This document shows, piece by piece, positions 12,790 through 27,700 of a stretch of DNA of 64,000 nucleotides (position 1 is its first letter; each line of letters opens with the position of its first letter). Origin of the DNA: Nageia nagi (Eukaryota > Plantae > Pinophyta); contig JBITNC010000002.1 in NCBI GenBank assembly GCA_050084985.1, forward strand, positions 11,842,001-11,906,000. The letters are read 5' to 3'. The notes under the pieces are model-generated. The model was not told where the DNA came from. It made no database searches and was given only the letters and a program-made list of their open reading frames with translations. A program made the translations under genes and the position numbers.

Positions 12790-15700
12790 CTGTGTTACAC
12801 AATATGCAAATACGTGAGCACTAAAAACGAGCATCTGTAGCACAAAAGAAGTCCAACAAGAAAAGTGATATGACAGTAAAATGTTTGTAAAAGAGATCTA
12901 AACATGCCTGGCATAAACAGAGTACCAAAGCCATTGAGTGCTATGGCCTATAGAAATCCAGTCCCCAGGTAATTCTGCAGCTGTCTGTTCACCACCCAAA
13001 GGAGCAAATTGCCCAAAGTGCTTATACCTGTTTAGTACCAAGTTTTCTTAGTCTAGCATACTTGCTATTTTCTAGTTATTACAGAGTGTGTAATGGAATA
13101 AAATTGAGATTTCTATGAAAGAAAATCCTATTTTTCTATCATCCTATAAGAAAACTGTAAAGCAGTATTAATATATGGAAAGATGCCCCCAATGACCTAA
13201 ACATGGCCTCATTACACAAGTCATCAACCTGTCTCTTTCTTCTAGAGTTGAGATTGCCACACTACTTTGGCAAATGGTGCCAGCAAATACATTACTAGGC
13301 AAAATAACAAAAAAAAATGTTAAAACAGATTTTCTTGAGTCCAAGTGTAATTCTAACAGTTCTGAATAAAGAGAAAAACAAAACAGAACAACAAACACAA
13401 AATCATGTTAGTAAATATAAAGGTGTATTTCTTATATAAGTAATATAAATACAAGACATGGGCAATCCCTAAAGCAAGATGTACAATGCTTGAACTAATG
13501 ATCTTACTTCTTGAAAGAGGGCATCCTCATTGTCTATGAAGGTTTTCATACAACTGTTAGTATGCATATATTATTGTACACCTAAAAGAATAACGTCTTT
13601 GATAGTAAAGATAAAGTCAAAATGATATATCATCCTTGAATGCAAACTTAACTTGGAGAGTTTTATTTTTAGAAGACAAAATCAAAACAATATCTTGACT
13701 TATAGAATCTTCTCCTTCAGCATTTGACTAATAAGTTCAGTGCAAAGCTTATCTCCACTTAGCCTCCTATAGAAATGCTAAATAAGTTCAGCGTAAAGCT
13801 TATCTCCACTTAGCCTCCTATAGTTTGCCATACTCTGGGAGGATTGATTGTTGTAAATAGGAGATAAGAATTTTTATGGAGTTTTATAATACCATATAAA
13901 TTAAAAGAAAAAGAGATGCAATTTTGTACCCATACGTTGGTATCTATTTCTCACAAGCGAGTTGTTGCCCTTTTGCATGGCATCAGAGCAGCAAGGAGAA
14001 ATTTAAATCGGTTTAAGATCAATTCCACCTTTTTAGGGTTGGATAGCAATATTGTCAACCAGCTGCTTTAGATCAGACCATAAATAAAAAATCTTAATTA
14101 AGCAAACCGATAGCTATCTAGATCTAATACATCGACCATAAATTTTCATTCAATGGCTAGAGTGGGCAACCAAGATTGTTTTGATAATGATAAGGATGAT
14201 CCTAATGATGACCATGATTCTAATTTTAATTGTAGAGGGATGCATAACTTTTTATGAGTTCTTACCATGACAGGTTTCGGTTTTTGGTCCTGCTGTATTT
14301 CATGGAGAGAATATATTTTTGCTATTTATAATGCTATTTTCCAAGATGTTTGAGTTGAATTTGATTTCCTTGACAAAGGCTTTTTTTCCTTGAAGACCTT
14401 TTGAGAAAAAGTCATCCATGTTTTCAGAGAGCCTGGTGGTTATCGCATTGAGCATTACTATATAGATGCTTTCCTTTTCAGAATGATCTAAAATGACTTT
14501 ATTTAAGTCACATACCTAATTTACATAAAAATGTCAATTCGAGCCTACTTTGGGTTATTCTATCTAAATAAAAAACTTCTAATTTAGTGTTATCTCATGC
14601 ATGCGACATCCTTGGTAGGTCCACCTAGGTCAACAAAAAATTAGCTTTATCATGTCTATATAAAGCAAAAGCAAAAGCAAAAGACTTGTTTGATCATCTT
14701 ACAATTTCATATGCGAGGTTGTACATACTTCTAAAAGCCTTATCACTAAAATCTTCTACAAGATAAATCACATTCTTCCTAGTATTTCCTTAAACCAGAT
14801 TTGCACGTAGCAAAGCTGAATTTTACAAGGCATATTCCATATTTGCATGCCACTTCACAAGAGACATCAACCGAAGTCCCTTCTCAAAATTTCTCAAATT
14901 CCAAACATGTGTGTTTTGGACCTTGCCTCTCAAAATGTGGGGCCTTTTGGGACCTCTATCCCAAAACGTGGGTGATTTGACCCCTAAGCTAGATTGACCC
15001 CAAACCAAATCTAAGAATAGAATCCAACCCAATATCACCCAAATTTGCCATCCTTTTCCCTCAAGGATTCATCAACATTCCAAAACACCAAGATTTGTTC
15101 TTCAAGATTACAAACTATTTGTCAACCTACCTCTAATCCACAACCTCCATATAAGTCTCCCTTGTATCTCCTCTCCAAGCTTTTGCAATATCCTAGTCTT
15201 TTTTTGGTCTACAAATTGGTGACCTCAACCCTTTGTATTCTTTTTCACCAATAACCCTAGGTTTTTAATTTCCGCAGGGCATAAGGCCAAGCCAACTTCA
15301 AGAGGGACTTCTAGACAATTGACTGTATCTTCACACTCTATGCTATCATTGAGGAGGGTCGTCAAAGTCTTCCAAAGTCTTCAACTACTTTGTGGACTTT
15401 AGAAAGACCTTTGACACTATTATGCAACACATGCTTTTCCAAAAGCTATGTACCTTTGGCATCTCAACTACCTTCATTATTGCCATCATGAGGCTTTATG
15501 AAACAATCATCAATCGATTTAGGACTGCCTATTGATTCTTTGCATCTGTCTAGAGTACTATTAATGTTAAACAAGGATGCTATCTCTCACGAACTCTCTT
15601 TTGCACTTAGATTGATAACCTTAAGGATATTCTTCAAATGCAGACTCACATAGATGACGATTGTGCATGCTTCAAAGATAGTTGGATGCATCGCTTAGTT

Positions 15701-18700
15701 CTGTGTGACTAGATAGTTAGTAGTTAATCTTAGCAAGACTAAGGCCATGATCTTTAATACCACTTGGGATGGTCTCTCCAAATTTTAGTTCTCCTATAAA
15801 CGAGAGTTAATCGAGATCTCTACTACTCATTTAGGGGTTCAATTTTTTGGTCCATCTCTCAACTTGAAATCAACATCATAATCACATCTTTGCAAGGGAT
15901 ATACTTCAATTTCCATCCTAGAATGTTAGTGCTTTCAAACACACTTCCTAGATATTCCTTCAAAGCAATGCCTCTTCAATACAATTATTAGATCCACAAT
16001 TCTTTATGAATAAGAGAATTGGGGCCCCAGTTCATGATCTGTTGAGTGGACACATATCGAGAGGGTTCAAACTATCATGTTTTAGCACATGATTTAATGC
16101 AAACGAATAGTTCCTCAATGCATTGTTTAGGGCGAGTTTGTTAATCAACCACTCCATATTAACACTATGTTTAGGACTCACCTCTATGTATCATACCTCC
16201 ATCCAAATGTCACCATTCTTTGCATTGTATGGATATGAGGCTCCAACGTATGTGTATTTGACTTTTGGGATGGGAAGGTCCCAGAGGCCAAAGAGTTTTT
16301 GTAGGACAGCCAGGATATCTTGAGAGCTCTCAAAGAAAACATACAAGTAGCCCAAAACTGTCAAAAAAACTACGTTGATAAAAATAGGACAGAATGCACT
16401 TTTTAGGTGGGGGACATTGTAACATCTCCTTTTGACCAAAATTAAGGAAATTTGGGATCCTAGGTGTTCCTTTGTAAATAATTTGTTTTTGCATGTAGTA
16501 ATTTGGGATAGAATAATAATGGTCCTATGGACCCACATTGTGAGCCCCAAAGTGGGAAGTTTTCCTCCCAAGCTTAGGATGAATTATTTATTGTTAATTT
16601 GATGTACTTGGAGATGGAGTTCGCCATAGGTTTTGGATGGTTGATTAGACTTCTTCATTGGATAGAGTAGCTCGTGGGAAACGTTTTGATAGGTTATATG
16701 ACATGGTTTCATCAAGAAAGAGTTATGGCCTTTCTAAGTTCACTAGTGGGACCAGTCTTCCATACTGTGTTCGCGCACAAAAATCCGGGAACATCTCCAT
16801 ATTAACCCCTTGGAGTGTGACATCCCTCTCCTTGGGATATGAGTTTGTTAGTGATGGTATTTAGGTGTGAGTCTAATAGTTAAGAGTAGATTTAGTGCAT
16901 TATAATGGGGGCCACTTGTATGAGTTGTAATACATGATTCCAAGGCAATTCATAATTGTAAATGCAATATTAGACTCAAATAGTGCGGTGTTGCATATCT
17001 AGCTAGTGGATCTTGTAATATGGACCACTAAATGTGATTATTGGCATCCCTAGGCAGCTTTGGATTAGAGAGGCATATGCATGATACCTAAGAGCATTGG
17101 GGAACACATCTAACCCCACGTTTGGGCATTTAAGGGCCTCTAGCAGGCTAACGTTGGATTTGGAGGTTGAGTGATGACTTCTAGGTAAGATCTAGATCCA
17201 TGGAATGTTATATAAGGCGTTGGAGCATCATTGCTGAGATATGTTGATTTTGATATAGAAACCCCTTCTTCTCTTTGGAGTCACCAAAGACTTGGCAGCA
17301 TCAAGCACCATTGGGCGTGTAGAGCAGGGAGAGTCCAGGAGGCTTGGAACACCTTCTGACTAGCAATTGAGGTGTTTGTTCGTGCTGTGAGGTTGCCTTG
17401 CCCTAAGGTGTCCATAGCGGTCAACATCTTTGAATCCATCTGGTGCCATTCCGGTATTGCACTTGTTATTTTCGCTGGGAGCTAACCTATGAGGAAGCCC
17501 TTCAGTGAGGCATCCACAGATTTGATAGAGTGTGATTGTTCTGCAACATATCTGCATTAGCAATTCAATTTGCACATTGGTGTGCCCTAGTTGGCTCCTT
17601 GGAAGCCAACGTTGAGCCCTGGAGGGCATGGTATTGCTTGTACTCATTATTTCTCTCTTAATGAAGCATTGTGGCACACTTGATCTCCCAATTTTGTCTC
17701 ATATTTTGGTGCATTTGATGTAATCTTTCTTCCTTGTGTTTGACATTGGGCAATTGAGGTGTTATTTGTAGAGTGAGTTGATGAGCTTTTTGGCACATTT
17801 TTGTACATGTTTGATGCCCTAGATTAGTTCATGGTATGCCTAGGAGCATAATTTGATATTCATTATTTATTGTTTGGCTGATATTTGCGTTGGAGAATTA
17901 TTTGGGATTTTATAGACATGGTTTACTTAAGGCTACAACCATACAGGCAATCCACGTTGAAAGGAAAGGAAGCAAATAAATTGAAGCCACGTTTCTATGG
18001 GCCCTACAAAGTCCTATGCAAGGTAGGAGAGAGCCTACGAATTGGAACTGCTGATAGGGAGCAAGATATATAGTAGATTCCATGTTTCTTGTTTGAAGGT
18101 CATAGGGAAAACCATAACACCTTCACCAGAGCTACCACCCTTGTGCAAAGAAGGGAAGTTGATCCTCATACTGAAATGCATATTGGAGACCAGGGAGCGG
18201 AAGTTATGTTCCTGAACAATCAAAGAACATTTAGTTAAGTGGAAAGACTTACTAGATGAGGAAGTCACATGAGAAGGTTCAAAACTTCTTTCCCATCCAA
18301 CTTTGAATTGCTTGGGGACAAGCAAAACGGGAGGGTAGGGTTTGCCATGTGCCTTTTCTCCATCCATGCCTTTTGACACATGTAATGACCCATGGGGGCC
18401 ACTAGGAGCTTGACGTCCACCTTTAGGGGACGTTTGGGCACAAAGTAAAGTAACTTAGGAGTATTTTTGATAGTTAGGAGTGATTTTCATAGTTAGTGGT
18501 GTTTTATTGTTTATTGCACTTGTACTTAGATAATTATTGTAACAAAGCAATGGGCATGTAAGGAAAATTGTGAGCCCCAAAGTGGGACGTCACCCTCCTC
18601 GGATAGGTAGAGTCATTTAATGTTATTTTATTTAAGAATAATGGTCCAACAGCTTGATTGTACTCATCTCGAGGTGGAATTCTAGCGCCAAGCTTAGGAT

Positions 18701-21700
18701 GACTCCTTGTTGTAAATGCACCTCATCCTAAGATCCCCATGCATAGATTCTTGTGGGGCTCCACTAGCATGGATTCCTAGGCAAGATCTAGGCCACCCAG
18801 TGAGACATCTGACTATTAAGTGGCTTGACATATCTTTTGGAAGGTAGCTTTTGATCATATTTATCATCTTTCTTTTGAAGTGTGATGTGGAGTCATCTCT
18901 TGGGCCTCTTATTGATGAAACCCTGTAGAAGAAGGATTCAGTGGGAAGTAGCCCTCAATAGATTTGGCTAAGGACGGAAACCCTTAGTCATTGGTTACTT
19001 CAATTATTCAATTCCAGACGTAAGCCTTTCAAGAGCATTTTGACATTATTGAGGGTTTGATTAGGCTTCTTTAGCTAGACGTCAAGCCTATTTGTGGCAA
19101 CTTGCATTGTACTTGATCCATTTGGTGATGTATTGAGGCATGCGCCCTTGGATCCCACCTTTTGTGTCAAATTTGAGCATCATTATGTGACGTTGGCATT
19201 TTTGCATTGTTTTTGAGTTTGGAGAGTGCCCTAGCTAGTTCATTGGATTTTTTGCCTTCCCAATTTTGGCATAGCAATAATTAAGGCACATCGCATTTCA
19301 TCCAGAAACGAAGGAGATATTGCATTTTGAAAATGGCCTCCGGTAGCCTGCTTTTATAATTGCGCATCCTAGGGACAAGTCGGCCATGATAATAATGTTT
19401 TTATTTCCTAGAAGGTCGGTTAGGACATGTTTGATGAGGTTTTGATGATGTTTGGAAGCGTATAAAGGCAAGAGGAGCGCACCACTTCTAGATATGCTTT
19501 GAGAATGTGAATCTTTGATCTTCTGAGTAAGGAATGTGCCCTTCTCACCCTTCTAAGGTCTAGGGATGTGCCCAAAACATTACGAGTGGCCTTGGAGCAT
19601 CTTGGAGACTTCATTCATCATTTCATATCAAAGTTCAAAATTACGGGATGCGCCAATAATCATTTGGCCTGGTTTGGAGATTAATCGTTTACTCAGCAAA
19701 AACTCAGATTAAAATCGGCAAAAAAAAACTGTAACAGAAATTTATATTTCTATGTGTGTCTATATATATATATATCAATTTATATGCAAAACTATTGACA
19801 ATTCAGTCCCAAAAACAGAAGCAAAGTGTAGTGAGATTAATACAACAGAAGTATGGTAGACAAAAGCTAATTTCATTAATAAAAGACTGCATTACAGTTT
19901 GCCAACAGCATTACGTATTACTACGTTACTAAATACCAAAAAGTCTTCTTAGTAGCATATTGTCAACATAAAAAATTGAAATAGATAAGGATGAGTTTGT
20001 GATCATCTTTCCAAAAAACAAAAAAAGTTTGAACACATCAACAATATGCTCTCTTTCTAGCCTTCCCTTTCTCTCTTGCTGCTGCCCTAGCTGCCCTAGA
20101 TCCTAGTGGTGCACTAAATGAGCCTATAATGTCTTCAAATTGACTTTGAGTCTCTAAATCATAATCTTCTTCAATCACATTTTCAAGATGCCTCTCTAGG
20201 TGCTCTAATCCATCCCCCTCCAAACATTCATCTTCATTATCGCCATCATTTCTGATCCATTCATTTGAGGGATCAATTTCATCTAAATCGATTGGCTCCC
20301 ATCACTCCCTTCAATTTTTTGATCCTAAGGCTGAGGTTGTGATATACATATATAAGCTTGTTCAACCTCTCTTGGGCCAATCTATTGCACCTTTTGGAGT
20401 GTATTTGCTCAAATACACTCAAATTGCGCTCACATCCAGAAGTGCTGCAAGGTTGGGACAAGATGCGAATAGCTAATTGTTGCAAAAGTGGGTATTTGGC
20501 ACCAAAAGACTCCCACCACACAGCTGCAATTCAATAAATAAGGCTGATATTAGATTACCATCTTTATTAAATCAAAATTCATTAAAAAACTCAAAATGAA
20601 CATTGAGAATCATGAGTTAAATTTGGAATTTCAGTTTCCCTTGATGTGATGCAAGCAATACTAGAGAAGAGGTCGCCCTCCACACCCCTATACATGGTCA
20701 ACTCTTTTTGTATTTGCTGCACTTTTTGTGGATCATGGCCAACCATCCTCTCAAGGCACAAATAGAGTCCACTAGAAATTTCACCATCAGCCTCAAAATT
20801 AGTTTCATCAACAAAGTAGTATTTGGGATTGAGGAAATACATTGTAGCATGAATTGGCTTGTGGAGTTGCCCATTCCATCTTCTATCTATCAACTCTCAA
20901 AGTGGCATATATTTGGCTGTTATTCCCTTGTAGAAACTCTTGATGCACTCTTTGGCCTTTTCCATGGCCTCATACAAGTACCCCATTAGAGATTTATTTG
21001 CACTCTCAACAAGTCGTAGAACTCTCACCAAGGGTTCTGAAATCTAAATAATAATAAAAACAACAATTAATTAATAACAAAATCAGCAATTAAATAGGAA
21101 CTAAAATCAGCAATTAATTAATTAATTTAAGAAGTTTAGAGCTAACCTAGACGATTTCATGTGCGGTGTTCCAAAAGCCATCATCAAACACAATGCTTGT
21201 ACACACATGGCTTTCAACACGTGCTCCACTCTGACTGGTGCCATTCATCGGAAATGAACATCCTCTTCACTCCCGCCCTTCTAGAAAAAAGGCTTTGAAG
21301 ACTGACAAAGTTGGTAGCAAATCGTGTGACTCCAGGTTGCATGATGTCCTTTCCTTTTGTGTTCTTCCTCAACAAGTTAAGAATCCAGGAGTGGTTATAG
21401 ATGAATTTGGTGAGTTTTCTAGCATTGGATACACACTCCTTTAGCCAAGATAATTTTCCAATATCAAGTCTATGCAATGGGCTGCACAAGGTGTTCCAAA
21501 TATTGAGGGAAAGTTTTCCTCAATAAGTTTTCCTGCATTTACATATGAAGTTGCATTATCGATAACAACTTGGACCACATTTTTTGGTCCAACCTCCAGT
21601 ATCACCGCCTACAACAGCTCATAAAGAGTTCTACCACTTTTCACTTTATCTGAGGCATCCACTGACCTCAAAAAAACAATGCCTCTTGCTGAAGCAACCA

Positions 21701-24700
21701 GGAAGTTAATTAGTGTCCTCCCTCTGTTATCCGTCCAACCATCGGACATGATCGTGCAACCCTTCTTATGCCACAACTTCTTTTGCTCATCAACAATGAC
21801 GTCCACATCCTTAATTGTGTTCTCAAGTAGTGTCCCATGCAAATCATGTGCTGTGGGGGGTCTACACCCAACTCCAACAATAGTCAGGGCGGTCACCATG
21901 GCAACAAAAAATGGTGAATCAACAATATTGAAAGGTAAGTTGCAATAGTACCAGAAATTGGCAATAGCCTTATTGGCCTCTGCATGCATATTTTTGTTCC
22001 ACCCCATACCTTCCAGTGTTGGCTGCCCACTTGAACATTTCGTGGCACAAAAAAAGATTCTATGGATGGTGTGCTAGAACACTGCCCAACCCCAACAAAA
22101 TTAGGCCCAATAGTAGTAGCTTGTGCACCAATAATAGAAGGTGGGCTGTTGAGTGCTTGACCCTTTGCATGTTTTTGGGCAGCTCTTTCTTGCTTCCTCT
22201 CAAAAAAAGTCTCCAGGATGGTATTCATTTGGTGCTGCACTTTAGGGGGCACTTGAGGGAAAACCTCACATCTCTCCTAGAAATGCAGGCTGGATGATAT
22301 TTCACACAGCTTATCCCATCGCGTATCTCCTTCTCACAATAGTTGCAATGAATGACACCCTCTACTTGCTTTACATGTTTCCATCTTGCATCCCTGTTAC
22401 CAATTTGTCCCATTTTCCATGGACTGAAATAAACAGAAAAATAAATGAAAAAAATTTATTTGTTAGTTGTTACCAAACTTTAAAATTTAAATGCTTCATA
22501 TTTATCATACACCAGATCAACTTTCATTGTAAGTGTAAAGCATACTCTCCTTAGTATTTAAAAAAATATTTAATAAACTAGTCTAGCCTTAGATTTCTGA
22601 TACACCAAATCAACATATGTTGCAAGTGTAGAGCATACTCTCCTTAGCATTTAAAAAAAAATTAATAAACCAATCTAACCTCAGATTTCTAATACACCAG
22701 ATCAACATATGTTGCAAGTGTAGAGCATACTCTCTTCAGCAGACTTTAATGGTTGCAAAAGTAAAAAGGTTCATTCATTTTAATATTTCAACAACATTCT
22801 TGTAAAGGTCTGAAAAAAAAACAAACCTGAGTTGTAGCTACCTAGAGATGGTTGGGTTGAAGACTGTTAACAACAGACTGTTGAAGATTCTTGCACTCTC
22901 CTCTCCTTGCTTTACGCCTTCGAATACTGCTCTAGACTGGGAAATGAATTTGTGTTTTGTTGAGTGACCCCGCCTCGAATTTATAGAACTTTTTTGCGAT
23001 TTTCCTGCTTTTTTTCGATTTTCTGTTTCCCGCCAATTTTTTGGCTCGAGATGCATGATTTTGAAGATTAATCGTTGGCCATATGTTGGATCAAAAATTG
23101 GTCAAACTCGGTCAAGAATCGGATATTCATCTCATGCAATTTCTGACAAGTTTTTTGCCAACATTTGTTTAGGCCTAAAATGCCAATAATTGGTGATTAA
23201 TCCAATTACTTGCCGAGTTTTAAAACACTGTTTCAGATTGCAGCAGCTTGAAGAGACATTTGCCCATACTTGGAGACATCCATTTCACATTTCTTGGCTT
23301 GGAAACCCTCTTGAAGGGTGCGCCCAGCCCTAGACACCTGGTTTGGCATATTTGGATACATTTTTTAGCATCTTGGATGCCCTAGAACATTTCACCACTG
23401 TTAGTATATGTTGATGATGACATTTGTATGATTTTGGTGAACATATGTGTACATTTTCGTGGTTGAATTGCCCTGTTCTATGGCTGCATTTTCTGTTACC
23501 ATTTCATAATTGTTTTGTGAATTTGAATTCCAATTTCTGAGATAAATTGCAGATCTGAATGTGCATGGTTAAATATGATTTTGTGATCTAGAAATTGCTA
23601 TAATTTTGATTTGGGATATTTCAGTAACCTATGAATCGATGGAGGCTCTAACTAAGCCAAGATCCTGAAGGTCTAGTTCTCAGTTTTGCATCTTGCCCTC
23701 TAAATATTGTGGAGAAAGACCTGCAGGTGGCTAGTTTGGGCATTAAAGTCCCCTAATAACAACACCTCTTTGTAGTTGCATGCCTGAAGATGTTCTCGTA
23801 ACGGTTTCCACCAATGTGGATAGCAAAGTTCGACATGGTTGAGGGGAAGTAGTAGATGGTAATGAAGATGTCCTTAAGTGGTAGGTGATGTTGGACTTTA
23901 ATCCACAAAAATCTGGAGTGGAGATATGAAGTTATAAGTGTCATTGAGCCCTTGAATCTATCTTGAATAAGTGTAGCAACTCCTCCTGACTCCCTCTAAC
24001 ACCTCTAGAACGACATGTAGTTTGCAAACAGCTGGACCACCAAAAGTAGCTAGTGATAGATGGTAAGGCCTGCTTGGGGCTCTCGTGTGTGTGACACACG
24101 AGTGTAATATCATGTCCTGTAATCACTTCTACAAGGGAGAAGAAAGGTCAATGAAATCATAACTGAACAGGAAGACCTAAAAGAAGCCTTTTATAGTAAC
24201 TACTTCTTTTGTTCAAACTTCAAAGAACATATATGCAATCTCATTGATTCACCTTTGGAAGAAATGATTCATAAGATGGTAAAAAAAGAAACAATGCTAC
24301 TAGAATACAACATGTTGAAATATGGAAAGGGCATGCACATATCCAAAAAAGATAAGATCACACCAATAGTTGAACAAGACGCAGTCAAAACATACAGCCC
24401 AATAGTTGTGGCAAATACAAAATAGGTACAAACATTACACAAAAGACCTCACAAAAAATAGACTCATTTTCAAGAAAGTCTTAGCTCAATGTTGGAAACC
24501 TTGATAAAAGGAAAAGTAATTGAGCTACCTCAAAAAAGAGAACATCATTTTTCTAATGGTGTGCCAAAAGGTTACAGACTTGATAAGTTTTGCAAAAACC
24601 ACCAAAATATAGGACAGACCACAAAAATGCAGAAAATTAAGAGATGTTGTGTAGGATTTGATAGATCAAAATATAATTAAGTTTGACAATGGCTGTTAGC

Positions 24701-27700
24701 CTACACAACAGTCACCCAGCAGCACTAGTCCAATTACAAAATCAGAAAGCGGGAATCTTCAGAAACCTGTTACCATAGCAAGTTATGAATCATGTAGTTG
24801 TCGGATTCACTGAAACAATATCAGAAGTAAATACATAATCATACTTCAAAGATAACAATCACCAAAAGCAGTTCTCAAACTCAGAAATCAGTAATGCCCA
24901 AAATGTGGGCATTTTGGGACCCCTCTCCTAGAAAATGGGAGTTCTAGGACATGCCTGCCCAAAACACAGACATTCTAGCCCATCACCCAAAATCAGCTAT
25001 AGACAGTCTAAGAAAGTTGGATTCACAGTCCCTGTCAAAATGTTCCATAGACAAACAATATTAGACTGTATAACTTGGATAACTCCATAGATGGCTTTCC
25101 TCTAATTGGGGGTTAAAATTCAGGTCACTGCTCTTTGTAAATTTGTCATTTTACACTTGGTTTTCTGTATCTTCCTCCCTCCATGCTTTTCTTCCTTTTT
25201 TGCTTATATCCTCTCAGAGATTTCTGATATTTCTTTATTTTTTCTAGGTGTGATTTTAACTGTAGAAACAAAAACAATAAGTTTGGCAAGTTTTTTCACA
25301 TTTTAAATTAGCATATGTCAGAAAATTGCAAATGTTTCACATTTTAAATTAGCATTGTGCTTAACCAAGGTATGTTCCAAATTTCCAACAACATTTTCCG
25401 TTATGCATTTAAATAAGAATCATAATTTGTATTAATTGTTCATAAAAATAAGTACATCTTAAATGTTACAGCAGATAATATATCAACCCTTGTTTTCTCC
25501 ACTTCCCTCCATCAAGTGATCCCTAGTTTGTACTCTCCCACAGATGGATAGTGTAAAATCTCAAATAATTCTACAGTGCAAATATTAGCCAACCAACAAA
25601 CTATGCCCCAAGGCATGCCACCAACTGCTCTAGGGCATCAAACAAGTAACATAATAAGCCAAAAACCCCAACATTGCACTTCCTTAGCCAAAAAACACCT
25701 CAAATGCTCAATGTTACACTAGGACATCCACAATTCATGCAAAACACACCATAAATGACCCCAGAAACATGATGTCACACCAAGAGAAAGCAAGATATCA
25801 TTAAACGCACATCACAATGAGGCAAAAAATGGAGATTAAGTGCACCAAGGCTCAATTAATGGAGAAAGAGTGAGTACAAGCAATACTAGGCCCTCAAGGG
25901 CTCAACATTGGTCTCCAATGAGACAACTAGGGCACACCAATGTGCAAATATGATCAATGATGAAGATATGTTGTAGAACAACCACACTCTACCAGATCTA
26001 TGGAAACCTCACTGAAGGGCTTCCTCACAAGCTAGCTCTCGGTGAATAGAACAAGTGCGATTCCAGAATGCCACTGGATGGATTCAAAGATGTTGAACGC
26101 TATGGACGCCTCAGGGTAGGGCAACCTCACAGCACGAACAATCACCTCAACAGCTAGTCAGAAGGTGTTACAAGCCTCCTGGACTCTCCTTGGTCTACAC
26201 GCCCATGGGTGCTTGACACCGCCAAGTCTTTGGTTACTCCAAAGAGAAGAAGGGGTTTCTATATCAAAACCAAAATATTCCTGCAATGATGCTCCAATGC
26301 CTTATATAACATTCCCTGGATTTGGATCTCACCTAGAAGTCATCACCCAACCTCCCAAATCCAACGTTAGCCTCTTAGAGGCTCCCAAATGTCCAACGTG
26401 TGTGTCTAGGAGTGATACATGCTCAACGTGGGTGTCTAGACGTCTTACATGCTCAACGTGGGTGTTTAGGGTCTTACATGCCAACGTGGGTGCCTTGGTG
26501 TCATCCATGCTCACGTGGGTGCCTTGGTGTCATGTGTGGGTGTCTTGGTGTCATCATGGGCCAACATGGAGGTCTAGGAGTCTCTCCAAGGGTTGCGCAA
26601 GCGTAATAATGCTCCCCAAGTCCAACATTGGGGTTATAGGTGACTATCCAGGCTAATGTGCCATCCTAGATGCTATAAAGACTTGGGATTCCCACAAGCA
26701 ATCTTTAGGATCTCCAAGTGTACAACTAACAATAAAACAATCAATCTTTAGGATCTCCAAGTGTACAAATAACAATAAAACAACTCATCCTATGCTTGGG
26801 AGGAAAACATCCCACTTTGGGGTTCACAATGTGGGTCCAATGGACCATTACTTTTCTATCCCAAGTAACTAATAATGCAAAAACAAAATATTTACAAAAG
26901 GAACACCTAGGATCCCAAATTCACTTATTTTTGTTCAAAAAGGGATGTTACAGATAGTTATTGAGTTGAGGTATTCATTATACAACCCAAGGACATTTCC
27001 CACTTAAATGTCCCTCGAGTGCCCTAAGAGAAGTCGATACTATGTTTCCCCTTGTAGTAGGCCAGCTTACTCTTTGCTTGAGTGAGCTCGGTTGAGTGGC
27101 TACCACTCCTCACTTTCTCTGCCCAAAAAGCCACCTATAGGTCTCCTAATCGGGTCATACTCACCCCTCACTTTCTCTATCCAAAAACCCAACTATAGGT
27201 CTTCCAAAAAGCACAATGTCTAAATATTGAGTCTTCTTATCATTCTTAACCTACTCTTCCTCAATGTAATCTTGTACTATTCCACTAGATCCTTCACCTC
27301 CCTTAGGCATATCTACCCATAATTAGCCTCTATCATAGGATCACCCTTATAGTACCCTATCAGAAGTGGACTAGATGTCAACCACCACTTTGTGTAAGCC
27401 TCCATACATCCAATATCCCTAGGATCCTCATCCATCTCTGTAGGTGAACCGAAATCTAATTCCTTCCAATCCAAGGTCCAAGTGACACAGTAGACATTCT
27501 ATGCTTTCTTTTCTCTTTCTCTCTAAAATTGCAAATAACTAGATGAATGTCTCTTCTTATGGTTTGCTCTTCTTTTATAATTATTTTCCCTTTTATTTTA
27601 ATATTTAAATGTCATTTTAACTAGTTCATATCATTTAACATTGCGATATGCACATTTAAATATCAATTTGAAAAAGAAAACACTTAAGTCCCAAAATGCC

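Larger units (their letters stand above)
18343..24133 (+). mobile_element. 3' LTR (family B) of the truncated gypsy element, interrupted by the hAT insertion
   Basis: Starts tgccatgtgcc after the PPT; homologous to the reverse complement of 37347-38322; resumes after 23238. The end at cttctaca (24133) is tentative. Confidence 0.6.

Noticed and set aside
20038-22420. hAT transposase as an active or domesticated gene
   Set aside because: Multiple in-frame stops and frameshifts, with degenerate TIRs and TSD.
26165-26656. 163-aa ORF with TWV repeats
   Set aside because: It is the antisense reading of the 30-bp ccaacgtggg array inside a solo LTR.
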